NCBI GenBank assembly: GCA_051859245.1
Contig: JBHYGA010000004.1
Location: 736,001-800,000 of the forward strand
Source: Gemmatimonadaceae bacterium
Lineage (GTDB): Bacteria > Gemmatimonadota > Gemmatimonadetes > Gemmatimonadales > Gemmatimonadaceae
Direction of reading: 5' to 3'
DNA length: 64,000 nt
A program made the translations under genes and the position numbers. The notes below the pieces were generated by a model that made no database searches, was not told the origin of the DNA, and was given only the letters and a program-made list of their open reading frames with translations. This document shows, one piece after another, positions 49,165 through 58,061 of the stretch (its first letter is position 1; each line of letters starts with the position of its first letter).

Positions 49165-49704
49165 TCAGGCGTCGCGTTGTTTGAGACGTTGCACCAGATA
49201 GGCTGCGACTTCCGGATGTTCACGCGTTGCTGCCAGGTCTGACGCGAGTGCACCGTCGTCCATGCGCGCGGAAACATCGGCATCATGCGCCAACAACTGA
49301 TCCGCGATCTCGCGGGTGCCGCGTGCGCCGGCGAGATGCAGCGGCGTGACGCCGTGTCCACCAACACTGTTGGCGTCAGCACCCGCGTCGAGCAACAGTG
49401 CCACAGCCTCGCTATTCGCCGCACCAGCAATGGCGGCGTGCAGTGGCATGTTCGACGTGGGATTGTCAGATCGTACTTCGGTATGTGCGCCATGCGCGAG
49501 TAAATACCGCATAACGTCGACATGCCCGAAAAATCCGGCCAAATGCAAGGCGGTCCACCCGTCGGTACGTCGCTTGTTGATCAGCGCAGGATGTTTTTCA
49601 ACGAGCGCAGAGAGTGCAAGCACATCACCTGACGCGGCGGCATTTCCAATGGCTTCAACAAGTACAAGCTCATCCTGCTCAGGCGCCAACTCGCGCTGAC
49701 TCAC
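49165..49704 (-). CDS. Ankyrin repeat protein
   Basis: GWTALHLAGFFGH, MPLHAAIAG, GVTPLHLAG; GTG start overlaps the kinase TGA. Confidence 0.9.
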   Translation of the reverse strand: MSQRELAPEQDELVLVEAIGNAAASGDVLALSALVEKHPALINKRRTDGWTALHLAGFFGHVDVMRYLLAHGAHTEVRSDNPTSNMPLHAAIAGAANSEAVALLLDAGADANSVGGHGVTPLHLAGARGTREIADQLLAHDADVSARMDDGALASDLAATREHPEVAAYLVQRLKQRDA

Positions 49705-52700
49705 GGCTTGTCTCCGGGTGATGCACCAGGTGTAATGGTGCGTGGCTGTCCGGCATCGCGGAGCCTGGCAATGGCGGTGCGCGCTTCCCGTAGCTCTGCG
49801 TGCAGTGCCGGATCTGCACCTTCCCACGCGGCCGCGAACTTTTCATACGCCGCGATCGCGCGCGGCTTGTCGTTCAGCTGTTCGTACACGCGTGCTCGTG
49901 CAAGGAAGCTGCGTGTGTAGAGCGCTGGTCCTGTTTCAACGAAGGCAAGCTGAAAGGTGCGTGGATCTATTGCTTCGTACGTTGCCGCCGCGCCGCGTAA
50001 ATCGCCCAGCCGAGCGCGCACATCGGCCTGCGTCAGCACACGAAGCCCACCCATGGAGAGTGCGACGCCGCGCAGCGAATCGGGCGCGCGAAACTGCGCG
50101 GCAATTTTCCGTGCCGTTGCGGTATCACCACGGTCAAGCGCGAGCCGCGCTTCGATCTCGGTCAGTGGACGCTTGGATTCTGACGCCCAGCGCAATGCGG
50201 TGCGTGCCAATGCCGTATCGCCGCTCGCCAGATATGCAGCGTATGGAATGCTGAGCGTCTGGCTGCGCACCTGCGCGCCGCCACCAGACTGAATACCATC
50301 GAGCGCTTTCACGCCTTCGCGTATTTGCTGCAACAACGCGGGTGTGGGATTCGCTCCAGCACCGAGGCGAACGCCAGCCGAAAACCACGCCGCGGTACTT
50401 TTCGTTGGTGTGTTCGTGAGCGGCATCGTGACTTCCGCCTCGCTTGCGATTGCTGCGAGCGAGTCAAGCAGCCCTACGGCACCGGTTGCGCCGGCCATCG
50501 TCATGCCACTGAGTGGAAAGAGCACGCCGGGCGCGGTGGTGCGTACACCAAGTGATTCCGGAGGGAAACCCGACATTGCGGCGCGCAGCGCGGCACGCGC
50601 TTCAGGAAATTGATCACTAAACGCGTACACGAACGGAAGCCTGTACGCCAACGCGGCAGAATACACCGCAGGACGCGACTGCGCGCGCTGGATGGTGGAA
50701 ATGACCGAGTCGTATTGCTGTGAGGCGATGAAGGCGTTGGCGAGTGCATCCCACGCTTGCGCAGCGTCCGCGTCTTGCCGAACCCATCCGCGGGCAAATG
50801 TCAGCGCGCGTCGTTGCGCGTCGTTGAGCAGTGTGCGACGACGTGCGCTGTCTGGCACCGAACTCGCCAACAGCATGGAGTCGCCGACAATCAGCACGCC
50901 GAACTGCTCGGTCAGGCCGTAGTTATAAATGCCCAGCAGATGCGAGTACGCCAGATGAAATGTAGAATCGAGCGCGATCGCGCGTTCAAAGCCGCGCATC
51001 GCACGCGTGTACCTGGTGACAATCGAATCGGGAGGCACGACGCCGCCATTGGCGACGGAGTGAAACTCGGCATCGGCCAGGCCATACCAGACCTCGGCGT
51101 CTGTTGAATCAGTAGCCAGCAAGGCCTGCAACCGATCACGCGCGTTGGTCCAGCTGCGCAGTGCACCGGCCGCGTCGCCCTTGCCAGACGCGGTAAAGCC
51201 CATCACCAGATCATGATGCGCCAACACCAGCTCACGCTGGCGCGGCGAAAGCCGCGACGCGTAGGCAACGGCCTGGGTCGATGACTGCTCGTAGAGAGAA
51301 TCGAGCGCACCTTTCCAGCCAAGTCCGAGCGAACGTTTGTAATGCGCGAGTGCAAACGTGGAATCAATGCGAGTCGCCTCGGCAAAGAGCGAGTCGGCGG
51401 CATCAAGTCGCCAGCGGTTGAGCGCACTCGACCCTTCGAGATACAGACGATACGCCAAAACGGATTCTGTGGTCTGCTTGGCCAACTCCATTGAGAGTGC
51501 CGGTCCGCCGGCCAGATCCAGCAGTTCGCGCGCAATGCGTTCAAAGAGCACGCGCGGATCGCCACCGATCGGTGCACCGGCGGTGGCATCGTCAATCTTG
51601 TTACCACTGGCCACGTCATAGCGACGCGCCACGACAAACAACGAATCGTTGGCGGTCGTGATCTGTCCCATGATGACCGTGCCCGCCGACGCGCGTCGTG
51701 CAATCTGCCGCGCGTCCTCAAGGCCAACACGACGCGACTCATCGTTGGACGCGTTCTTGAGCAGATCGAGCGTACGCTCGTAGTCAACCACGCTCAGATC
51801 GTTCCACTGCGACAGCGTGAGCCCAAGCATGTTGACGGCGCCTTCACGCAACCAATCGAGCGACGCGTTGCCCGTTTGCAGTTCGAACGGTGCCACGAGC
51901 CACGTTTGCTGATTGCTCGGCGCAGATTCTCCACCACCTGACAACAATGGAATGCTGCCAAGTGCAACCACACCGATACCCGCGGCGATCGCCAACCAGC
52001 GCTTGTTCGAACGCTTCGGCGCTTTTGCATTGCCCACGCGTCGTGCGCCAGACACCACGCGCTTGCCCGACGTCGTGGCCAACTCGTCTTCGTCCAACCC
52101 TTCAAGGGCCGCAGCCATCGCTCGACCGCGCGGTGCGCGCTCGTCGGGTTTTTTGCGCAGCGCTCGCGCAATCACCGCGTCGAGTTCGTCCGGCACATCG
52201 GTAGACAGCGTGCGCAGCGGCGTGGGTTCTTCGGTGAGATGCTTCACCAGGATCGTGGCCGCCGACTCGGCTTCGATCACCGGTCGTCCGGCCAGCATCT
52301 CGTACGCCACCAAGCCGAGCGAGTACAGATCGCTGCGACCGTCAATCGTGGGTTCGCCAGACGCCTGTTCAGGACTCATGTAACGCGGTGAGCCGAGCAC
52401 AAAGCCGGCGCCGGTGAGCCCCGCATCCGCGCTGGAAAGCGCGCGCACCACACCGAAATCGGTGAGCATCGCGCGTCCCGTCTCGCGGTCGAGCAGAATG
52501 TTCTCGGGCTTCACGTCACGGTGCACCACGCCCGCCGCGTGCGCGTCGTCGAGTGCCATGGCCAGATCATGCGTGATCGCCATGACCTCAGCGGATGGAA
52601 TGCGCTGCTCGCGTTGCAACCGGTCGCGGAGACTTTCGCCCGGGACGTACTCCATGGCAAACCAGAGTAGCCCGTCGGATTCGCCCGCCGCGTACACCGA

Positions 52701-52943
52701 CACAATGTTCGGATGTCGCAGGCGTGCGACGGTGCGCGCTTCGAGCAGAAAGCGCTGCCGCACCTCGGGGCTCGCGGCCATTTCCGGCGACACGACCTTG
52801 ACGGCCACCGGCCGGTCGAGCGTGACATCGCGGGCTAGAAATACGGTGCCCATGCCCCCCTGTCCCAACAGCCGTTCCACGACGTACTGTCCGGCGAGTG
52901 CCCGGGCGAGTCGTTCTTGCAGGTCGGGCGGTGGTGCGTTCAT
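49701..52943 (-). CDS. Hanks-type Ser/Thr protein kinase with TM helix and TolB-N/TPR-like C-terminal region
   Basis: LGQGGMGTV, VAVK, HRDVKPEN, DFG, YMSPEQ, DLYSLG; TM WLAIAAGIGVVALG; helical repeats. Confidence 0.95.
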   Translation of the reverse strand: MNAPPPDLQERLARALAGQYVVERLLGQGGMGTVFLARDVTLDRPVAVKVVSPEMAASPEVRQRFLLEARTVARLRHPNIVSVYAAGESDGLLWFAMEYVPGESLRDRLQREQRIPSAEVMAITHDLAMALDDAHAAGVVHRDVKPENILLDRETGRAMLTDFGVVRALSSADAGLTGAGFVLGSPRYMSPEQASGEPTIDGRSDLYSLGLVAYEMLAGRPVIEAESAATILVKHLTEEPTPLRTLSTDVPDELDAVIARALRKKPDERAPRGRAMAAALEGLDEDELATTSGKRVVSGARRVGNAKAPKRSNKRWLAIAAGIGVVALGSIPLLSGGGESAPSNQQTWLVAPFELQTGNASLDWLREGAVNMLGLTLSQWNDLSVVDYERTLDLLKNASNDESRRVGLEDARQIARRASAGTVIMGQITTANDSLFVVARRYDVASGNKIDDATAGAPIGGDPRVLFERIARELLDLAGGPALSMELAKQTTESVLAYRLYLEGSSALNRWRLDAADSLFAEATRIDSTFALAHYKRSLGLGWKGALDSLYEQSSTQAVAYASRLSPRQRELVLAHHDLVMGFTASGKGDAAGALRSWTNARDRLQALLATDSTDAEVWYGLADAEFHSVANGGVVPPDSIVTRYTRAMRGFERAIALDSTFHLAYSHLLGIYNYGLTEQFGVLIVGDSMLLASSVPDSARRRTLLNDAQRRALTFARGWVRQDADAAQAWDALANAFIASQQYDSVISTIQRAQSRPAVYSAALAYRLPFVYAFSDQFPEARAALRAAMSGFPPESLGVRTTAPGVLFPLSGMTMAGATGAVGLLDSLAAIASEAEVTMPLTNTPTKSTAAWFSAGVRLGAGANPTPALLQQIREGVKALDGIQSGGGAQVRSQTLSIPYAAYLASGDTALARTALRWASESKRPLTEIEARLALDRGDTATARKIAAQFRAPDSLRGVALSMGGLRVLTQADVRARLGDLRGAAATYEAIDPRTFQLAFVETGPALYTRSFLARARVYEQLNDKPRAIAAYEKFAAAWEGADPALHAELREARTAIARLRDAGQPRTITPGASPGDKP

Positions 52944-53159
52944 TTGGCGGGAGCGGGGGCAGGGGCGGGAGCGTGCGGGTCGCTTACACTACGATCATAC
53001 TTCGCCCGCTGTGTCGCAACGCCGTCACAGATTCACGGGTACCATGAGGTACGGCCGTATGCGGCGATAGGTTGCCAGTCGGAACGATGTTCGTGTTGGG
53101 AAACCCGTGTGGTACCCGGCACCTCACCGATTGTTTGACTCTTCCATTGGCTCTCTGCA

Positions 53160-54305
53160 ATGCTGCTCGCGAGACAAATCGCTGTGCGTGGACGCTGGTC
53201 CGTTTCCAACCGTGCCCGGTTGCTGGTCAGGCTGTCGGCGATGCTGCCGCTTCTTGCGATGCTGTTCCTTGAGGGGTGCCGCGTGAGCTATCGACCGTCG
53301 TTTCCTGCGCCGACCAACTCGGCGGCCGCATCGTCTTCCGGGGCATCTTCGGCTGCGGTTGCCAATGATCCGTCGCCGCTGCTGATCGCCCACCGCGGCG
53401 CGAGCGGACACCGTCCCGAGCATACGCTGGAGGCGTACACGCTCGCCGTGCACATGGGGGCGGATTACATTGAGCCGGATCTTGTGAGAACGAAGGACGG
53501 CGTGCTGGTCGCGCGACACGAGAATGAGATTGGCAGCACCACCGACGTCGCCACCAGGTTTCCCGACCGCAAGACAACAAAAGTGGTGGACGGTGACTCG
53601 ATCACCGGATGGTTTACCGAAGACTTCACGCTGAGTGAACTGCGATCGCTGCGTGCGCGCGAGCGGCTCGAGTTTCGCGATCAGTCATACAACGGCCAGT
53701 TCGGCATTCCCACGTTTGACGAAGTGCTCGCGCTCGCCGATTCGCTTGGTCAGGCACGCGGACGTGTGGTAGGCGTGTATCCGGAAACCAAACACCCCAC
53801 CTACTTTCGCTCGATCGGCTTGCCGCTGGAGGAGCCGTTGATCGCCGCACTTGATCGTGCGGGCTGGAATCGCGCCGATGCACCGGTGTTCATTCAGTCG
53901 TTCGAAGTGCAAAACCTGCGCGCGCTCAAGACCAAAACGCCCGTGCGCTTGATTCAGCTCATCGCCGGCGGCAACCCGGGTGATCGTACGGCCACCAATG
54001 GCGTGCCCACGTACGCCGAAATGATCACTGCGGATGGACTGCGCGAGGTTGCCAGGTACGCCTACGGCATTGGTCCCGAAAAGCGAATGGTCTTACCGCT
54101 CGCGTCAGGTGAGACCACGCTCGTGCGCGACGCACACGCGGCTGGTCTCAAGGTGCACATCTGGACGCTGCGTCAGGAAAAGGTGTTCATTGGTGAGCGT
54201 TTTGCTGGAGACATCGCTGCTGAAGCAAAAGCGTTTGTCGCGGCTGGTGTGGACGGGGTGTTTGCGGATCATCCGGAAGCGGTGGCGCGGGCGATCCGGC
54301 CGTAA
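53160..54305 (+). CDS. glpQ: Glycerophosphodiester phosphodiesterase (start possibly 53241)
   Basis: IAHRGASGHRPEHTL, YIEPDLV.TKDG.LVARHE, YPETKHP, FIQSFE. Confidence 0.92.
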   Translation: MLLARQIAVRGRWSVSNRARLLVRLSAMLPLLAMLFLEGCRVSYRPSFPAPTNSAAASSSGASSAAVANDPSPLLIAHRGASGHRPEHTLEAYTLAVHMGADYIEPDLVRTKDGVLVARHENEIGSTTDVATRFPDRKTTKVVDGDSITGWFTEDFTLSELRSLRARERLEFRDQSYNGQFGIPTFDEVLALADSLGQARGRVVGVYPETKHPTYFRSIGLPLEEPLIAALDRAGWNRADAPVFIQSFEVQNLRALKTKTPVRLIQLIAGGNPGDRTATNGVPTYAEMITADGLREVARYAYGIGPEKRMVLPLASGETTLVRDAHAAGLKVHIWTLRQEKVFIGERFAGDIAAEAKAFVAAGVDGVFADHPEAVARAIRP

Positions 54306-54409
54306 GCGGTCCTCCTACGTCATTACTACGACACCTGACCTATTTGGCCACACGACCACGCATTGCTTCGTAGAGATGAACGCGCCACTGGCGCCCAACC
54401 CCTCGATCA

Positions 54410-55495
54410 ATGCGACGCTCTTTCCTCCCGATTGTCCTGCTGCTGCTTGCCTCGCGAACGGTCTCGGCCCAGCCGGCTGCACGTGACGAAGTAACAACCA
54501 AACAGCGCATCGTCGTGCTGCCCGTCCTGGGCGCTGCGCCCGAAACCGGCGCCCAGTTTGGTGTCGCCCTCTTCGTGACCCGTCACCACGCCGACAGCAG
54601 CACGCGCCCGTCGTCTTTGGTTGGCAACGCCATTCGCACCGCGAAATCACAGACGCGCGTGTTCATGGACATCGACAAGTGGACCACCGGCAACCGCTGG
54701 CGGTTTCTTGTGAACACCAGCTGGCAGCAGTTCCCGCTGCTCTACTACGGCGTCAGCGACAGCGCGCCGGATTCGGCCGAAGAAGCCTACACACCACGCG
54801 GCACTGAGCTCGCGCTTACGGTGCAGCGACTGATTGCGCCGTCGATCTGGATACAGGCCGGTGCGCGTCGCATCGAACAGGAGATTGTGCGCACCGATCC
54901 GGGTTTGGTGCTCGAGAGTGGCACCGTGCTGGGCTCTTCGGGCGGTCGCACGGTGCTTGGCAGCGCGGGTCTGGTGGCCGACACCCGGGATAATCTGTTC
55001 GCACCTACTGGCGGTCATTTCGTGGAGCTCACGGGCAGTGTGGCGAATAAGGCGATCGGATCCGAGTTCGATTTCCAGCGCGTTCGCCTCGACGCACGTG
55101 CGTACCGGTCGATCCGGTCGAGTCACGTGGTTGCGGCACAGCTGCTGGTGCAGGGCACGGCCGGCGAGCCGCCGTTCGATCAGCTCGCACTCATCGGAAG
55201 CAGCAGCGCGATGCGCGGGTATGCAGCCGGTCGCTATCGGGATCGTTGGATGACGGCGGCGCAGGCGGAGTATCGCTCGCCCACCGTGCGCAAGTTTGGT
55301 GCGGCCGTTTTTGGTGGTGGCGCCGTGATCGCGTCGTCAGCGAGTGATCTTTCGTCGGGCGAGATGCTGCCAACGTTTGGAGCGGGACTTCGCTATCGCC
55401 TGGATGCCGCGACTCGGTCAACCGTACGTGTGGACTACGCGTTTGGTCGCTCGGGGCAGAGTGGGTTGTACGTGGCGTTTAGTGAGGCGTTCTGA
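54410..55495 (+). CDS. Omp85/BamA-TamA family beta-barrel without POTRA domains
   Basis: Signal peptide, DTRDN..PTGG, MRGY..GRYRD lid motif, C-terminal Phe (FSEAF). Confidence 0.85.
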   Translation: MRRSFLPIVLLLLASRTVSAQPAARDEVTTKQRIVVLPVLGAAPETGAQFGVALFVTRHHADSSTRPSSLVGNAIRTAKSQTRVFMDIDKWTTGNRWRFLVNTSWQQFPLLYYGVSDSAPDSAEEAYTPRGTELALTVQRLIAPSIWIQAGARRIEQEIVRTDPGLVLESGTVLGSSGGRTVLGSAGLVADTRDNLFAPTGGHFVELTGSVANKAIGSEFDFQRVRLDARAYRSIRSSHVVAAQLLVQGTAGEPPFDQLALIGSSSAMRGYAAGRYRDRWMTAAQAEYRSPTVRKFGAAVFGGGAVIASSASDLSSGEMLPTFGAGLRYRLDAATRSTVRVDYAFGRSGQSGLYVAFSEAF

Positions 55496-55599
55496 GCTAG
55501 CGCCTGGGGCTCCGAGTCGGGGACTGACGAAGAAAACTTTGGGCGTCTCGTGGGTATTGGAGGAGCCTTTGCTTCGTCTCACGCCGAAAGGAGTCCATA

Positions 55600-56820
55600 G
55601 TGATTTGTGCGAGTATAGCGCGAACTGGCGTTCATCTCGGAGTTCTAACAATCGCGTTGGCGTGGCCGACGGCGTCTGAAGCACAAGCCAACACCGCTAC
55701 TACGGAGGGGCCGAGGTCGCAGCGCGAGTGTACTCGTGCCCGTGCGCGTGTTTGGCAGGCGGGTGAGGTATGGCGCGTGCCAGCAACAACTCCCGCGTGC
55801 ACGTTCGACGTGGTCGAGTCTAGCGTTGTGCTCATTCCCGATGGACAGTCGGTGGGAGATGTTGGACAACGTGTGGTGCGAGACCCATCAGGCCGATTCA
55901 TCACGAGCGAACGCTCCGGAATAGTGACGGTCTGGGCGGCAACTGGTCGACGGGAGCGCTCGTTTGGGCGCGGTGGCCAAGGACCGGGAGAGTTTACGCC
56001 AGGTCCGCTCAACATTGCTCCAGTGCGCGGCGGTGGTCTCTACATTTTTGACAACGCCGGGCGCTGGCATTTGTTCGATGCGCAGTACCGTCATCAGCGC
56101 ACTGCGCAGTTCACAGCATTCAAAGCGCCAGAAGAAACAGCTGTGCTTGACGACGGCCAGGTTCTTGACGCATCAGGACGGGAGTCCGAAGCGCAGTTTT
56201 TCGCCGTGATGAGCGCAATGCGAGCAACAGAGAAGACGCGCCCCCAAGTACTCAGAAGGTTTGGCAATGTTTCGCCGGCCGAGTTGCAGTTCGCGAATAC
56301 GGACCGCGCTCGTCGGATCGCATATTCGACCGGCGACCGATTCTGGGCGGGACCGCCCGCTGCTACAGGCCGTGGCTACGTGCTCGAGCAGTGGCATGTG
56401 AACGGAACGCTCCTTCGTACGCTGCAACGCTCGGTGCCATGGTATCCGGAGGGCGCTGATCGAGCGCGCCCTGGAAGAGAACCGTCTGTTCCGCCGCACG
56501 AGATTGAGTCGCTCTGGGACCTGGGCGATGATCTGTTGATGGTGATTCTGCTCGCACCCAACGCGCAAGAGTGGTCGCGCTCATCTGGTCGTGCGCCTGA
56601 TGCCGCGACGCGCGACCGCATGATTGACATCTGGGTTGAAGTGCTTGACACGCGATCGGGCAACGTGCTGGCACAGCGCGGGCCACTGAAATACAGCGAA
56701 GCACAGCGCACGCTTCCGACGGGAATCTTTCACGGCAGTGCATCTGGCTTTCGCCTCGAACTCAATGCCGACGACGAGCGGATCGCGCGCATCGTGAGCT
56801 TGAAGCTCAAGAACAAATGA
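55600..56820 (+). CDS. Exported 6-bladed beta-propeller-like protein
   Basis: AAGGAG RBS, signal peptide, FGRGGQGPGEF motif. Confidence 0.75.
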   Translation: MICASIARTGVHLGVLTIALAWPTASEAQANTATTEGPRSQRECTRARARVWQAGEVWRVPATTPACTFDVVESSVVLIPDGQSVGDVGQRVVRDPSGRFITSERSGIVTVWAATGRRERSFGRGGQGPGEFTPGPLNIAPVRGGGLYIFDNAGRWHLFDAQYRHQRTAQFTAFKAPEETAVLDDGQVLDASGRESEAQFFAVMSAMRATEKTRPQVLRRFGNVSPAELQFANTDRARRIAYSTGDRFWAGPPAATGRGYVLEQWHVNGTLLRTLQRSVPWYPEGADRARPGREPSVPPHEIESLWDLGDDLLMVILLAPNAQEWSRSSGRAPDAATRDRMIDIWVEVLDTRSGNVLAQRGPLKYSEAQRTLPTGIFHGSASGFRLELNADDERIARIVSLKLKNK

Positions 56821-58052
56821 CACACGTCGTACGTGAACGGCGATTCTGCCGCGTGCCATCGCGATCGGCGATGGCTCTTGCAACGGCCATTTTACTCACG
56901 ACGGCAAGCAGTGTGCTGTCCGCTCAGTCAACTGCATTTCGCAAACTCGGTGCGAGCGTTTCCTCTGCGCGCCTGATTGTCAAAGCTGAGCTCGAAGCTG
57001 ATGCCCGACTGGCGCTCGGCTGGCGGTCATTGTTCGCTGCAGCGCTGAGTGATCGTGGCGAGGTCGCCGTAGCGATGCATCTGAAACCAGGATCGCTCGT
57101 CGCGCTGTACGCCGAGGACGGCTCATCTCGCTGGTCCGTACCAGTGCCCAACGCTCGCGTTGAATCGGTCGCCATTGTTGGTGATACGGTCGGATACGTG
57201 GAGCGATTCGAGGACCTGAACTTTCTGGTTCTACTCTCCAGGCAAGATGGCATGGAGTTGGACCGGCGACCCATCTCGCTTTCGGGGTTCGAACAGTCGC
57301 GCCTTCTCGGCGCATTCAAGGGCGATTGGTACGCGCAAGTGTCTGAGCTGGCGGGCGAGTACAAGGCCGCACGACTGCCGTTTCGTACAGTTCGGCGGTT
57401 CGATGCGTCGTCTCGGTCGTGGAGCGACGTTGTCACTCGCGAAGATTCGTCGCCACGTGCGATCGCACCCAATGGTGCCGATGCGCTCCCGCCGCCGTTC
57501 GCACCGTCACCTCGATTTGCGTTGAGCGAAACGAAAGGTTTGTTCTTCGCCGCAGGAAACGGTTGGGACGTCGAGTCGGTCAGTACGAACGGAACATTCA
57601 CAACGCATCTGCGACTGCAAGCAATCGCACGCGGGCTTTCGGAAAGTGAATGGCAAAAGGCGGTTGCGGACTGGACGGCGAATCCACCGCTGGTGATGTA
57701 CGGATATACCAAAGACCTGTACACAGCGGCCGCAACGTTGGGTCGCGGAGCTTCCGGAAGAACAATCAGCACTCTGTTTGCGAATTCGCGCGGCGACTTG
57801 CTTGTGCGCCGAAGAGATGCCGACTTCTTTTCCTCATCGACGCCGATCGCCTCCGTTTGGGACATGATTTCGGTGGAATCGGATACACTGTATCGAATCC
57901 AGCTTGAGTCCGACGAATCGATCGTTGCCTTCGCGGCACCTCGCAGCCTCTTGGTGCGAAAGCTGAGCGCCAAGGGTCCAGCGAACATGCGCATCGTGGA
58001 ACTGAACGCAGAGTCGCTACCTAAACCGGTACCATCTCCCCCTCGTCGCTAG
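56817..58052 (+). CDS. Exported hypothetical protein, probable divergent beta-propeller paralogue
   Basis: ATGA overlap with upstream gene; signal peptide ending LSA-Q; blade-like segments (VAIVGDTV, PPFAPSPRFAL, LFANSRGDLLVRR). Confidence 0.7.
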   Translation: MTHVVRERRFCRVPSRSAMALATAILLTTASSVLSAQSTAFRKLGASVSSARLIVKAELEADARLALGWRSLFAAALSDRGEVAVAMHLKPGSLVALYAEDGSSRWSVPVPNARVESVAIVGDTVGYVERFEDLNFLVLLSRQDGMELDRRPISLSGFEQSRLLGAFKGDWYAQVSELAGEYKAARLPFRTVRRFDASSRSWSDVVTREDSSPRAIAPNGADALPPPFAPSPRFALSETKGLFFAAGNGWDVESVSTNGTFTTHLRLQAIARGLSESEWQKAVADWTANPPLVMYGYTKDLYTAAATLGRGASGRTISTLFANSRGDLLVRRRDADFFSSSTPIASVWDMISVESDTLYRIQLESDESIVAFAAPRSLLVRKLSAKGPANMRIVELNAESLPKPVPSPPRR

Positions 58053-58061
58053 TGCCGGGCG

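Noticed and set aside
53034..53126. Complementary segments CACGGGT/ACCCGTG, GGGTACCA/TGGTACCC, TGAGGT/ACCTCA upstream of glpQ as a possible riboswitch
   Set aside because: The segments are not in nested order, partly overlap, and match no riboswitch consensus I recognise
56924..57994. 356-aa minus-strand ORF
   Set aside because: Ser/Arg-rich antisense shadow; the plus-strand gene has a signal peptide and start/stop coupling
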